Source of the DNA: Spirochaetaceae bacterium
Lineage (GTDB): Bacteria > Spirochaetota > Spirochaetia > SZUA-6 > DRHE01
Length of the DNA stretch: 64,000 nt
Assembly: GCA_020353535.1 (NCBI GenBank)
Contig: CP070696.1
Coordinates: 1,677,828-1,741,827 of the forward strand
Reading direction: 5' to 3'
The first letter of the stretch is position 1. Every line of letters starts with the position of its first letter. The position numbers and the translations under genes are program-made. Positions 35,386 through 44,744 of this stretch are shown in pieces. The notes beneath the pieces were generated by a model. It did no database searches, had not been told where the DNA came from, and saw only the letters and a program-made list of their open reading frames with translations.

Positions 35386-36285
35386 TCAATCCTGCGTCTG
35401 CTGTTGCCTTGCCTCGCTTTTCGTGTACAGGTCTGTTTGCGCTGCGACCGGATAAAGCAGTCTGTCGACCAAACGCCCGATGAACTCTATCAACGCAGGG
35501 ATTATTTTAACGGCCGATTCTACGACTTTGGAGTGGTTTAGCGGTCCATCCAGAAGCCCGGCCGCCATTTGGGTGATCATGGAGATGCCGAGTACCTCCA
35601 TACCAAGGTAATTGGCGATGATCACTTCGGGCACGGTACACATACCGACCATGTCGGCTCCCAACAGCTCAGCCATCCGCACTTCCGCGGGTGTTTCATA
35701 GTTCGGGCCGCTGAAAGCCGCATACACTCCTTCCTGCAGCCTGACCGGAGTGCTCGGTGTGAGGGCACTGTGGGCTTCCGCCACTTCTCGCGCCAGACAG
35801 CGCAGATGACTCGAGTAGGGTTCACTCATGTCGGGAAACCTCGGACCCAGTGTTTCCAAATTTGGACCGCGCAGGGGATTGATACCCATAAGGTTGATGT
35901 GGTCCTTGATCAGCACCAGGTCTCCCGGACTGAAGCTGCGATTGATGCCTCCCGTGGCATTGATCACGATTATCGTTCGTACGCCCAGACTGTGCAGCAA
36001 AAAAACTGGCAGCACGATGTCTTCCATGTTGTAGCCTTCGTAGTAGTGAAATCGTCCTACCAGTACCGCCGCATCCTTTCCTATTCGCAGGAAGCCCGTA
36101 TGGCCTTCGATTGTGGGAACGGGAAAGCCGTGAATCTTCTCGTAGGGGATGTCTCTGCCTTTTACAGCCCTGGCCAAAGCGGCCAGGCCGGAGCCGAGGA
36201 CCATCCCTACCTGTGGTCTCTCCTGTTGTGTAAGAGAAACAGTTTTAAGCGCCTTTGCTACACGGTGAACATATTCATCTGTCAT
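35386..36285 (-). CDS. punA: purine nucleoside phosphorylase (trimeric PunA/PNP-I type)
   Basis: GMVLGSGLAALA, TIEGHTGFL, GRFHYYEGY, INATGGIN, DHINLMG and GMCTVPEVIIANYLGMEVLGIS. Confidence 0.88.
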   Translation of the reverse strand: MTDEYVHRVAKALKTVSLTQQERPQVGMVLGSGLAALARAVKGRDIPYEKIHGFPVPTIEGHTGFLRIGKDAAVLVGRFHYYEGYNMEDIVLPVFLLHSLGVRTIIVINATGGINRSFSPGDLVLIKDHINLMGINPLRGPNLETLGPRFPDMSEPYSSHLRCLAREVAEAHSALTPSTPVRLQEGVYAAFSGPNYETPAEVRMAELLGADMVGMCTVPEVIIANYLGMEVLGISMITQMAAGLLDGPLNHSKVVESAVKIIPALIEFIGRLVDRLLYPVAAQTDLYTKSEARQQQTQD

Positions 36286-36633
36286 GATTTCTACCTCCTG
36301 AATCCCGCGAAAGCGATATCCGTCTTATGAGGTATTCACGTTTTGATGGAGGCCAAAAGGCTTGTTCTTCGCCGAGCCCGCGTCGAACCGCTGTTCGGTG
36401 CAGGTCTCTCCCGGCTGGTTAGAGTGACAATTACCCGCAGACGCGTTCGGAGTATTCGCGAATCCCAATATAGAGTCCATATATATGGGCCATGAAAAAA
36501 TTGCCACAAGGTTCGTTACCCTTGCATAGCAACAATTAAAACACCCACACAGAGTGCCGAGGCTTCGCTCCCTAATTATGCCATGGACCTCGGATCAAGT
36601 TGTTCGGTCAGAACTTCGTTGCCAATCGTATAT

Positions 36634-36668
36634 TGAACAAAACTACCACAATGTGGTAGATTATGTCA
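36634..36668. promoter_or_regulatory. second copy of the palindromic operator candidate, overlapping the first ATG of the HTH/Cys-rich regulator
   Basis: tgaacaaaactaccaca-a-tgtggtagattatgtca. TTGAAC at 36633-36638, 18-nt spacer, TAGATT at 36657-36662. Confidence 0.6.
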
Positions 36669-37088
36669 ACAGGCATTCTTTTATTAGCGGGGGGTAGCGT
36701 GGACGGTAGAGAGTTTGCTTCGATTCGAAACACCTTAGGTAAAACCCAGGAACAATTGGCTAGGCTGCTGGGTCTTTCTCCTAAAGCCGTGCAGAGTGCC
36801 GAACAGGAGTGGCGGAACATCTCCATTCAGACCGAACGGCACCTGCTGTTTCTCCTCTTTCTGAAAGTGTCGTCCGTCGAGAATCTGCAGCCCTGCTGGC
36901 TCACAAGAAACTGTCCCTCTGAAACCCGGGATCGATGTCCAGCCTGGGAGCTCAACGCGGGACAGCTCTGTTGGTTCGTCAACGGTACGATTTGTCGAGG
37001 TAGGGAGCAGGATAGTTGGAAAAAGAAGATGAAGATTTGTCGGCAGTGTGAGGTGTTCCCGCTCAAGAAGTATCTGTCGAGTCAATAA
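36663..37088 (+). CDS. XRE-type HTH transcriptional regulator with C-terminal Cys-rich two-CW-like domain
   Basis: HTH segment IRNTLGKTQEQLARLLGLSPKAVQSAEQ. C-terminus PCWLTRNCPSETRDRCPAWELNAGQLCWFVNGTICRG...CRQC. An alternative start is the GTG at 36699 behind a GGGGG RBS. Confidence 0.7.
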   Translation: MSTGILLLAGGSVDGREFASIRNTLGKTQEQLARLLGLSPKAVQSAEQEWRNISIQTERHLLFLLFLKVSSVENLQPCWLTRNCPSETRDRCPAWELNAGQLCWFVNGTICRGREQDSWKKKMKICRQCEVFPLKKYLSSQ

Positions 37089-37320
37089 GATAACAGAGTT
37101 GAAGGGTACTGATGGATCTGCCGGGAAATTTGGAGGATATCCGGGGGAAGGACAAACAGGCCCCATTTCGAATCACCTTCAAGGGATCATGAACAGGATC
37201 GTTGAAGCGGCGGTATTCACTGCTCCCCAATCTTGACGATTTATTCCAAAGGGAGAGGTCGCATTTTTTCCCCTGATCCATTTGCCATGGATTACACTAG
37301 GTGTAGGAGGTAGATGGATT

Positions 37321-38133
37321 ATGGTCACCATTTCTCGACAGGCCGGTAGCGGCGGGGATGAGATCGCTCGGTTTCTGGCCAAAGAGCTGGAGTGGGACTT
37401 CCTCGACAAGGAAGCCCTGGAGCGACTTCTCACCGAGCGGGGATTTCCCATGGTGGAGTTTGAGATCTACGACGAGAGGAAGCCCGGTCTCTGGCATCGC
37501 TTTTCCGCCGAAAGAGACAGGTATCTGCACTTCCTGAAGATGGTCAGCTATGATTTTGCTCGTCAGGGAAGCTGTGTGATCCTGGGCAGGGGCGGACAAA
37601 TCATGTTTAGGGATGTTCCCGGGGCCATCCATGTACGGGTGGTGGCGCCTCTGCACAATCGGGTTGAGGCGGTCCGGGAGAAGTTCGCTTACGACGAGCG
37701 GCGGGCCAGGCACGCCGTACAACATGAGGACAACGAACGGGCGGGATTCCACCGATTCCTTTTTCATGCGAATTGGGACTCCCCCGACCTCTACGATCTG
37801 ATCATCAGCACCCGTTTCATTTCGGAAAAGTCCGCCGCGGATCTAATCATGAACGCACTGGATGCCGAAGATGTGGCTGCGGTGAAAAAGCAAGGGGCCC
37901 GGAAGCTGGAAGATCTCTATCTCGCCCAAAGAGTCAGCATCGCCGTCCTGTATGAGCAGCAACTACCGATCCACCTGCTGGAAATCGAGGCCGTGGATGG
38001 AGTTATAACGCTTAAAGGTACGGCCGGGAACCGCGAATCTATTGGGCGCTGTGAAACCGTGGCGGCGGATGTACCCGGTGTGACCAGCGTCATCAACGAG
38101 GTTTCCTTTGTTCCCGAATATGTAGGCGTCTAG
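37321..38133 (+). CDS. cytidylate kinase-like family protein fused to a C-terminal BON domain
   Basis: MVTISRQAGSGGDEIARFLAKEL (P-loop-like), and the C-terminus GVITLKGTAGNRESIGRCETVAADVPGVTSVINEV is BON-like. GGAGG RBS. Confidence 0.7.
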   Translation: MVTISRQAGSGGDEIARFLAKELEWDFLDKEALERLLTERGFPMVEFEIYDERKPGLWHRFSAERDRYLHFLKMVSYDFARQGSCVILGRGGQIMFRDVPGAIHVRVVAPLHNRVEAVREKFAYDERRARHAVQHEDNERAGFHRFLFHANWDSPDLYDLIISTRFISEKSAADLIMNALDAEDVAAVKKQGARKLEDLYLAQRVSIAVLYEQQLPIHLLEIEAVDGVITLKGTAGNRESIGRCETVAADVPGVTSVINEVSFVPEYVGV

Positions 38134-38184
38134 CTCTCACGAGCCAGCCCTCAACGAGTGCTTCGGCTGTAGCCGCTGGTCCAC

Positions 38185-39426
38185 CTATCTTGCTGCCGCC
38201 GTCTTCAGGATGCAGTGCATAAGCACATTGGCCCCCGCCTCACAATGCTCCCAGGTGGTGTTTTCCACCTCCACGTGGCTGCGTCCCCCGATCGAGGGAA
38301 CGAAGATCATGGCCGTGGGACAGATCTGGTTCATATAGCTGGCGTCGTGGCCGGCGCCGCTGACCATGTGCAGGCAGGAGTAGTTCAGGTCCTTGGCGCT
38401 GTCCATGACCATCTGCACGAGCTTCTGATCGAAGGGGGCATGCTCCACGCGCCAGGTCTCCTCTATGCGGATCGGGCAGCCCCGCCGCGCCGCGATATCC
38501 TGAAAGTCCTTCTTCACCAGCTCCCAGGCCTTCAAGGCGTGCTCGTCGTCCCAGGAGCGGATGTCCACCGTGAAGTGAACCTTATCCGGTATGATGTTGC
38601 GGGAGTTGGGGTAGTTTTGGATCTCCCCCACGGTGGCCACCATGTTGCCGCCCATGCGGTCGGGCAGCTCGTTGACTTTGAGGATCATTTCCGCAGCGGC
38701 GCAGAGGGCGTCGTGGCGTCCCTCCATTGGTGTTGGTCCGACCTGGTTGGCCTCCCCCTCCAGGTAGATATCGTACCAGTGGAGGCAGAGGATCCCCTTG
38801 GGAGCACCGATTGTCTTTTTCTCCCTCTCCAGCATCGGGCCCTGCTCGATGTGATACTCGAAGTAGGCGTGTACGGGCCACTTCTTGGCCGGCGCTTTTC
38901 CCTTGTAGCCGATGCGTGCCAGCTCCTCCCCCTGCTTCTTCCCATTGATATCGGTGCGGGCATATGCCCAGTCCCGTTCCAGGGCACCTGCCCAAACGCC
39001 CGAGGCGATCATGGCGGGTGCGAAGCGGGATCCCTCCTCATTTGTCCAGTCCACGATGACCACCGGATGCTCGGTTTCCACTTTGCTGTCGTGGAGGGTT
39101 CGCATTACTTCGAGGGCGCCCATCACGCCGAGGATGCCGTCGAAGCGTCCGCCCTTGGGTTGGCTGTCGATGTGAGAGCCGCTCATCACCGGCGGCAGCT
39201 CGTTGTTTTTTCCCGGTCGGCGGCCGAAGATATTGCCCATCTCGTCAATAGTGATCTCCAGGTCCAGCTCTTTGAGCCATTTCACGAACAGATCCCGGGC
39301 CCGCTTGTCCTCATCGGACAGGGCCAGCCGGGTTACTCCTCCTGCGGGGGTCCCGCCGATTTCCGCCATTTCCTCGAGGGTCGAGCGCAGCCGTTTGCCG
39401 TTTATCCTCAAGCTTTTTGTATCCAT
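38185..39426 (-). CDS. M20-family Zn-dependent amidase (allantoate amidohydrolase / N-carbamoyl-L-amino-acid hydrolase / beta-ureidopropionase type)
   Basis: EIGGTPAGGVTRLALSDED, IDEMGNIFGRR, SGSHIDSQPKGGRFDGILGV and SGAGHDA. GGAGGA RBS precedes the ATG at 39426. Confidence 0.85.
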   Translation of the reverse strand: MDTKSLRINGKRLRSTLEEMAEIGGTPAGGVTRLALSDEDKRARDLFVKWLKELDLEITIDEMGNIFGRRPGKNNELPPVMSGSHIDSQPKGGRFDGILGVMGALEVMRTLHDSKVETEHPVVIVDWTNEEGSRFAPAMIASGVWAGALERDWAYARTDINGKKQGEELARIGYKGKAPAKKWPVHAYFEYHIEQGPMLEREKKTIGAPKGILCLHWYDIYLEGEANQVGPTPMEGRHDALCAAAEMILKVNELPDRMGGNMVATVGEIQNYPNSRNIIPDKVHFTVDIRSWDDEHALKAWELVKKDFQDIAARRGCPIRIEETWRVEHAPFDQKLVQMVMDSAKDLNYSCLHMVSGAGHDASYMNQICPTAMIFVPSIGGRSHVEVENTTWEHCEAGANVLMHCILKTAAAR

Positions 39427-39579
39427 CTGATCCTCCAAATCAAAATCAAAATACTATTTGAAAATATTGTACCGGGAGGGCGAACGAAGTCAAGCAAATC
39501 GCCGGACAGGCGGTTTCGCTTTGTACTTTTTTTTCTTGCCCCTTGCCGAGATGGAATTCGGAGCTACAATGGATAGAAG

Positions 39580-40728
39580 ATGGCCCGCAGCCGTATCAGG
39601 ATTGGTACGTTTATCCTTCTCCTTGCTCTCAGCGTTCCCGGTCACACCGAGGGTACGCTGCTGCAGCTGAGCTTTTCCGGGGATGTTATGGTGCATACGG
39701 CCAACTACCTCACCACCGACTATTCAGCGATATATCGATCCGTCGCTCCGCTGTTCAAGAAAGATGACCTCAGTTTCGCCAATCTCGAGTTCCCAGTGGA
39801 TCCCTCGAGTCCCTTCTCCAGCTATCCACGCTTCAACGGCACCCCGGAGTACCTGCAGGCGGCCGTGGAGGCGGGGATCGACGTGTTTTCTCTGGCCAAC
39901 AATCACGCCTTTGATCAGGGCCGGGATGGGATTTTGCAGACCCTCCGCTGCCTGAGTCGAATCGGGGAACAATCTCACCGCCGCCTTTACGCGGGAGGCA
40001 TCCGCGGGAATCTAAAGGTACCCTTTCAACCCGTTGAGATCCATTGCAGAGGGATCCGCATCGGTTTTCTGGCCGTCTGCCAGATGGTAAACCGGCCGAT
40101 GCCTGACTTCTACGTGAACATCGTGGATTACCGGAATCGCCGTCACCGGGAGTACTTTCTGCCCTACATCGAAGCGGTCGCACCGCAGTATGATCTGTTC
40201 ATTCTCTCCTATCACGGCGGTAGGGAGTACTCTCGCGAGCCGGAGGAGGAGGCGAATCGATTTTTCGATCGCCTCCTCGAGGCGGGGGTAGACGTCGTCT
40301 GGGCCCATCATCCTCACGTGGTGCAGCCGCACCGGCTGGTCGACAGGGAGGAGGGAAGAGCCCTGATCATGCCCTCTACGGGGAATCTTATATCCGGGAT
40401 GCTGATCGGACTCGAGCCGCAACAGCCGGAGCATAAGTTTGCTTGGACCACGGACTCCGCTGTTTGGCTGGTCACGGTGCTGGTCGAATCCGGACAGGCC
40501 TCCGTGCAGAGGGTCGCGCCCCTGCCGATCACCAACTACAGAAACGGCAGGGGAGATGTCCTGGTAGAACGGATGCCGGGAATGGGCGGAAAAAAACTTC
40601 CGGCAGAGTGGCAGAGCTACTACAGGGAGCGGGCAAGATTGCTGCGAGTATCTCTCCGGGCGACAGGGGAGGAGCATCCGATTGCTATCGAACTGGAATC
40701 AGATCGGCTCGCCCTCATCAGTCGATAG
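39580..40728 (+). CDS. CapA family (PGA_cap metallophosphatase-like) protein
   Basis: Signal peptide, LSFSGDVMVH, FANLEFPV, SLANNHAFDQG and SYHGGREY. Confidence 0.8.
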   Translation: MARSRIRIGTFILLLALSVPGHTEGTLLQLSFSGDVMVHTANYLTTDYSAIYRSVAPLFKKDDLSFANLEFPVDPSSPFSSYPRFNGTPEYLQAAVEAGIDVFSLANNHAFDQGRDGILQTLRCLSRIGEQSHRRLYAGGIRGNLKVPFQPVEIHCRGIRIGFLAVCQMVNRPMPDFYVNIVDYRNRRHREYFLPYIEAVAPQYDLFILSYHGGREYSREPEEEANRFFDRLLEAGVDVVWAHHPHVVQPHRLVDREEGRALIMPSTGNLISGMLIGLEPQQPEHKFAWTTDSAVWLVTVLVESGQASVQRVAPLPITNYRNGRGDVLVERMPGMGGKKLPAEWQSYYRERARLLRVSLRATGEEHPIAIELESDRLALISR

Positions 40729-40739
40729 GTTGTTTTTTC

Positions 40740-40768
40740 TTGACCAAATAAGTCGGCAAAATTACATT
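40740..40768 (+). promoter_or_regulatory. sigma70-like promoter upstream of tpx
   Basis: TTGACC (40740-40745), 17-nt spacer, TACATT (40763-40768). AAGGAG RBS, then the ATG at 40788. Confidence 0.45.
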
Positions 40769-40787
40769 TCCAACAAGGAGTCTCAAA

Positions 40788-41291
40788 ATGGCAAAAATAA
40801 CAGTAGGTGGAAAACCGGCAAACACATCCGGGGACCTTCCAGCCACGGGCAGCAAGGCCCCGGACTTCCTGCTCACCAAAGGCGATCTCAGTGACGTATC
40901 CCTGAAGGATTTTCAGGGAAAGCGGAAGATCCTCAACATCGTGACCAGCCTGGACACCGGCACCTGTGCCACTTCTGCGAAGAAGTTCGAGGCGGAGGTA
41001 GCCAGGCTGGCTAATACTATTGTACTGACAGTGAGTTGCGATCTGCCATTTGCTCAATCCCGTTTCTGTCAGAGCGAAAACATCGCAAGCGTGGTCACCC
41101 TGTCCCAGCTGCGCAATCGCAGTTTCGGGAGGGACTACGGTGTTGAGTTCGTTGACGGACCGCTGGCCGGTCTGTTCGCCAGATCGATCGTGGTCTTGGA
41201 TGAGAACAACAAGGTGCTGTACACCCAGCAGGTTCCGGAAAACGGCAACGAACCGGACTACGCTTCGGCTCTGAAGGCGGCTCGGGGATAG
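40788..41291 (+). CDS. tpx: thiol peroxidase
   Basis: GSKAPDFLLTKGDLSDVSL, VTSLDTGTCATSAKKF and CDLPFAQSRFC. Confidence 0.9.
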   Translation: MAKITVGGKPANTSGDLPATGSKAPDFLLTKGDLSDVSLKDFQGKRKILNIVTSLDTGTCATSAKKFEAEVARLANTIVLTVSCDLPFAQSRFCQSENIASVVTLSQLRNRSFGRDYGVEFVDGPLAGLFARSIVVLDENNKVLYTQQVPENGNEPDYASALKAARG

Positions 41292-41329
41292 GGCGCTGAC
41301 GGGTGGAAGATTCGGCTATCCTCTTTTTT

Positions 41330-43429
41330 CTAGTTCCGATTTTCCAACGTGCGTGCGCGGTTGCTCTGCAGCAGCCGCAGCATTTCCTCGCCCGTCGTTA
41401 TGGGCAGCTCGCAGGCGTAATCCCGGCAAACGTAGACCGTAGCCTTTCCGTCGATGCCGACCTGAAAACGGGTGAAGGGGGCCAGTTCGGCGATATCGGG
41501 CTGAGCCTCCCCAGCCGGTCGGAACAACAACACTTTGTTCGGCACGAACTCCCCTCGCAGGCTTCGCACCAATCCTTTGGTGTCCTCGGCTGATGGGTCA
41601 CCGGTGATGACTACCTCGAAGGAAGGGCCGATCTGGAAATCCACGGCGCTGAGCAGAAAGGTGAAGGCCAAGGGGCTTGTCTCTACCAGGCGGGAGGTGC
41701 TGCGTATCAGCGCCGCAGCCCTATCTTCATAGTCCCTGTTCTGGAGCATGCGTCCCAGCCTGATCAGATCGAGCAGGGCCACGGATCCGGCGGAGGGCAG
41801 TGCACCGTCGGTGTCATTTCGCTGGCGTATCAACAGCTTTTCAGCCTCATCGGCGGTCAGGAAAAATCCGCCGCCTCCGGTCTCATCCCAGAAATCTTCT
41901 ATAAACAACTCCATCAGTTCAGCAGCTCGCCGCAGGTAGGTGCTGTCGAACGTTGCTTCGTACAGCTCGAGCATTCCCCAGATCAGGTAGGCGTAATCCG
42001 TGGCATAACCGGGTATCATCGCCTCACCTCCACGGTAGCGGTGAAGCAGACGTCCCCCCGCTGTTCGCAGCCGCTTCCAAATGAACTCCGCCGCCTTCTC
42101 TGCCGCTTCGATGTAGCGGCTTTCCTGCAAAATGCCTCCGGCTCGGGCCAAAGCGGCTATCATCAAGCCGTTCCAGCTGGTTAGGATCTTGTCGTCCTTG
42201 AGCGGTCGGATCCGTGCCTGGCGGTGCCGTATCAGTTTCGCCCGGATGGAATCGGACAGCCCGAGCGGTGTCTGCTCATCCCGCCTCGATGGATCATCAT
42301 CGCTGCGCATGTAGAGGATATTCCTTCCGGTCTGCTTCCCCGTAGCCTCCTCCTGGTAGTTGCCTTCGGGGCTGAGGTCGTAGAGCTCCTCGAGCTCATC
42401 CAACTCTGCAAGCTTGAGGGCAGCGGACAGCTCCTCGTAGCTCCACGTGTAGAACCTGCCTTCCTCTCCCTCGCTGTCCGCATCCTCTGCCGAGGCGAAA
42501 CCGCCTTCAGGGGTGCTCATATCCCGCAGTACATAGGTGATGATCTCTCTTGCCGTATCGGCGAAGAAATCCTTGCAAGTTGCCTGGTAGGTTTCCACAT
42601 AAGCCACCGCGAGCAGGGCCTGGTCGTAGAGCATCTTCTCGAAATGAGGTACCCGCCAGCGGGCGTCGGTGGAGTAGCGATGAAAACCGTAGCCTACGTG
42701 ATCGAAGATACCGCCCCGGCGCATCGCAGTTAGGGTCTTCTCCACCATCACCAGCGCCTGCTCCTCCCCACTGCGGTACCAGTAGCGAAGAAGAAATAGG
42801 AAGGTGTGGGGGCTGGGAAATTTGGGAGAGGAGCCGAACCCGCCGTTTGGTTCATCGAACTGCTCTGCTAAGGCTTCGTATGTGCGCTTGAGAATGGATT
42901 GATCCAGCAGATTTCCAGCGCTGTGGGAGCGGGAAACGTTCTGCAGTGCCTGGAGAATCGATTCGCTGGAGGAGCTCGCCTCCTCCCGGCGGGTGTTCCA
43001 GACCTCGGCTACCCGCGGGATCAGCTCCAGCATACCCGGCCGTCCGTAACGGCTCTCTTTGGGAATATAGGTCGCTGCGAAAAAAGGTCTCTGGTCCGGC
43101 CCCATCATGATTGTAAGGGGCCATCCGCCCCGCCCGGTCAGCAGCTGGGCGACAGTCATGTACAGCTCGTCGATGTCCGGACGTTCCTCCCGGTCCACTT
43201 TGATGTTTATGAAGGTCTGGTTCATCAGCCGGGCGACCTCAGGATCCTCGAAGCTCTCGTGCTCCATGACATGACACCAGTGGCAGGTGGCGTAGCCGAT
43301 CGAAAGGAAGATCGGCTTGTCCAGCTCTTTGGCTATGCGAAAGGCCTCTTCACCCCACGGGTACCAATCTACCGGATTGTCGGCGTGCTGGAGCAGATAG
43401 GGGCTCTTCTCGTACTGCAGACGGTTCAA
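41330..43429 (-). CDS. thioredoxin-domain protein (DUF255 / YyaL-like, with six-hairpin glycosidase-like C-terminus)
   Basis: [22 protein letters not shown] and [20 protein letters not shown]. 699 aa with a TTG start. Confidence 0.85.
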   Translation of the reverse strand: MNRLQYEKSPYLLQHADNPVDWYPWGEEAFRIAKELDKPIFLSIGYATCHWCHVMEHESFEDPEVARLMNQTFINIKVDREERPDIDELYMTVAQLLTGRGGWPLTIMMGPDQRPFFAATYIPKESRYGRPGMLELIPRVAEVWNTRREEASSSSESILQALQNVSRSHSAGNLLDQSILKRTYEALAEQFDEPNGGFGSSPKFPSPHTFLFLLRYWYRSGEEQALVMVEKTLTAMRRGGIFDHVGYGFHRYSTDARWRVPHFEKMLYDQALLAVAYVETYQATCKDFFADTAREIITYVLRDMSTPEGGFASAEDADSEGEEGRFYTWSYEELSAALKLAELDELEELYDLSPEGNYQEEATGKQTGRNILYMRSDDDPSRRDEQTPLGLSDSIRAKLIRHRQARIRPLKDDKILTSWNGLMIAALARAGGILQESRYIEAAEKAAEFIWKRLRTAGGRLLHRYRGGEAMIPGYATDYAYLIWGMLELYEATFDSTYLRRAAELMELFIEDFWDETGGGGFFLTADEAEKLLIRQRNDTDGALPSAGSVALLDLIRLGRMLQNRDYEDRAAALIRSTSRLVETSPLAFTFLLSAVDFQIGPSFEVVITGDPSAEDTKGLVRSLRGEFVPNKVLLFRPAGEAQPDIAELAPFTRFQVGIDGKATVYVCRDYACELPITTGEEMLRLLQSNRARTLENRN

Positions 43430-43623
43430 AGCTGGTTCCTTCTCCTTTGGGCCTCCCGCTGCCGTGGCAAGGATCGTCGTGAACAGGAGGATCTACCTAG
43501 ATGCACAAGCGCGGCGGGCAACCATATCCCTATTAAGAAAATAATTATGAGTGGAAAAGTCAAATATTACAGGGAATGCCGGTTCAGGCTCTGGAGCGTT
43601 CGTGTACCTCGGCCAAGGTCGGC

Positions 43624-44367
43624 CTATCCGGATTCAGCCGAACCGCACACCCGGCAGGCCGGATCTTTGGCGAAGCTCACCTCCTGAAACTGCATAGTCT
43701 CCCCGTCGCAGAACAGGAGGCGGCCTTTGAGCAGCTCCCCCGTGCCGGTGAGGTATTTCAGTGCCTCCAAAGCCTCCAGGCAGCCGAGCAATCCGGCGGT
43801 GGCTCCGAGAATGGGAAAGATCTCCGACGGCGGTGCTTCCGACACCAGGCAGGCCAGGCAGGCTGTTTCCGGTGGATGGATGAAGGCGATCTGGCCGCAC
43901 AATCCGTTCACCCCTGCGTGAACAAAGGGAAGACCGGTTTTCACGGCGTGCTGGTTGAGGATGTATCGAGTCTGGAAGTTGTCCAGGCAATCGATCATCA
44001 GCCGGGCTTCCCCGACCAGGGACGCCAGGTTGTCCGACGTGATCGTTTCGGTCAACGGGACTACCTGTATGGTGGGATTAGTTCCTTTCAGAGTCTTTTT
44101 GGCGGAATTTGCCTTGTTTTCGTCTATTCGATTCTCCGTGTGCAGGATCTGGCGGTTGAGGTTGGAGAGCTCTACCTCTCCGGAATCGCAGATCCTCAGG
44201 ATTCCAACCCCCGCTGCAGCCAGGTACAGGGCAACCGGGCTGCCCAATCCCCCGGCTCCGGCGACGAAAACGCAGCTGTCCTTGAGCAGCGCTTGGGTCC
44301 CTTCACCCCAGGAAGGCAGGATTATTTGCCGATGGTAGCGCTGTTTGTCCTGAGCAGATAGTTTCAT
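43624..44367 (-). CDS. HesA/MoeB/ThiF family adenylyltransferase
   Basis: RYHRQIILPSWGEGTQALL, VAGAGGLGSPVALYLAAAGVG, SNLNRQILH, plus the CxxC pairs ACLACL and CRVCG. Confidence 0.85.
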   Translation of the reverse strand: MKLSAQDKQRYHRQIILPSWGEGTQALLKDSCVFVAGAGGLGSPVALYLAAAGVGILRICDSGEVELSNLNRQILHTENRIDENKANSAKKTLKGTNPTIQVVPLTETITSDNLASLVGEARLMIDCLDNFQTRYILNQHAVKTGLPFVHAGVNGLCGQIAFIHPPETACLACLVSEAPPSEIFPILGATAGLLGCLEALEALKYLTGTGELLKGRLLFCDGETMQFQEVSFAKDPACRVCGSAESG

Positions 44368-44744
44368 CAGGATTCCAGGAACTGCTTGTAGGCCGCGGAG
44401 CCCAACAGTGCCTCCGCCTGCTTGGGATCCTCCATGTGAAGGGAGAAGATCCAGCCGGCTCCGTAGGGATCTTCGTTGATGAGCTCCGGTTCGTCCCGAA
44501 GCTGGGTATTGATCGAGTGGATCTCACCGCTGAGCGGACAGGGGAGATCGTTTGTGGATTTCACGGATTCTATGGTGCAGACGATATCCCCCTTCCGGAC
44601 CTTCCTGCCGGTCTCGGGAAGCTCGACGTACACAATCTCCTCGAGCTCTTTCTGGGCGTGGTCGGTGATACCGAAACGGGCGTTGGCCCCTTCGATGTGT
44701 ACCCAGAGATGCTCCTCGGTGTACTTCAATTCCTCCTCGTTCAT
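44367..44744 (-). CDS. gcvH: glycine cleavage system H protein / lipoyl-carrier H-protein
   Basis: YTEEHLWVHIEG, FGITDHAQKELEEIVYVELPE and the lipoyl-Lys context TIESVKSTNDL. Its stop overlaps the thiF-family ATG (ATGA). Confidence 0.88.
   Translation of the reverse strand: MNEEELKYTEEHLWVHIEGANARFGITDHAQKELEEIVYVELPETGRKVRKGDIVCTIESVKSTNDLPCPLSGEIHSINTQLRDEPELINEDPYGAGWIFSLHMEDPKQAEALLGSAAYKQFLES

Noticed and set aside
35386-36285. The purine nucleoside phosphorylase as a possible ATP-nucleosidase-type immune effector (as in Detocs or CBASS Cap17) partnered with the cyclase-like gene.
   Set aside because: The protein matches housekeeping trimeric PunA block for block (GSGLG, EGHxG, GRFHxYEG, NAxGGxN, DHINxxG, TVPE). 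It has no extra sensor domain, so the parsimonious reading is a metabolic PNP. The adjacency is still noted under the cyclase-like finding.
36325-36507. 60-codon ORF in the punA/regulator intergenic region.
   Set aside because: GTG start without an RBS, no recognisable motif, and a composition typical of non-coding sequence. Kept only as part of the long-leader observation.
39437-39454. AAATCA AAATCA AAATAC micro-repeat upstream of the amidase gene.
   Set aside because: Only about 2.7 units of 6 nt in an AT-rich promoter region. This is not a CRISPR, a VNTR of note, or a recognisable binding-site array.
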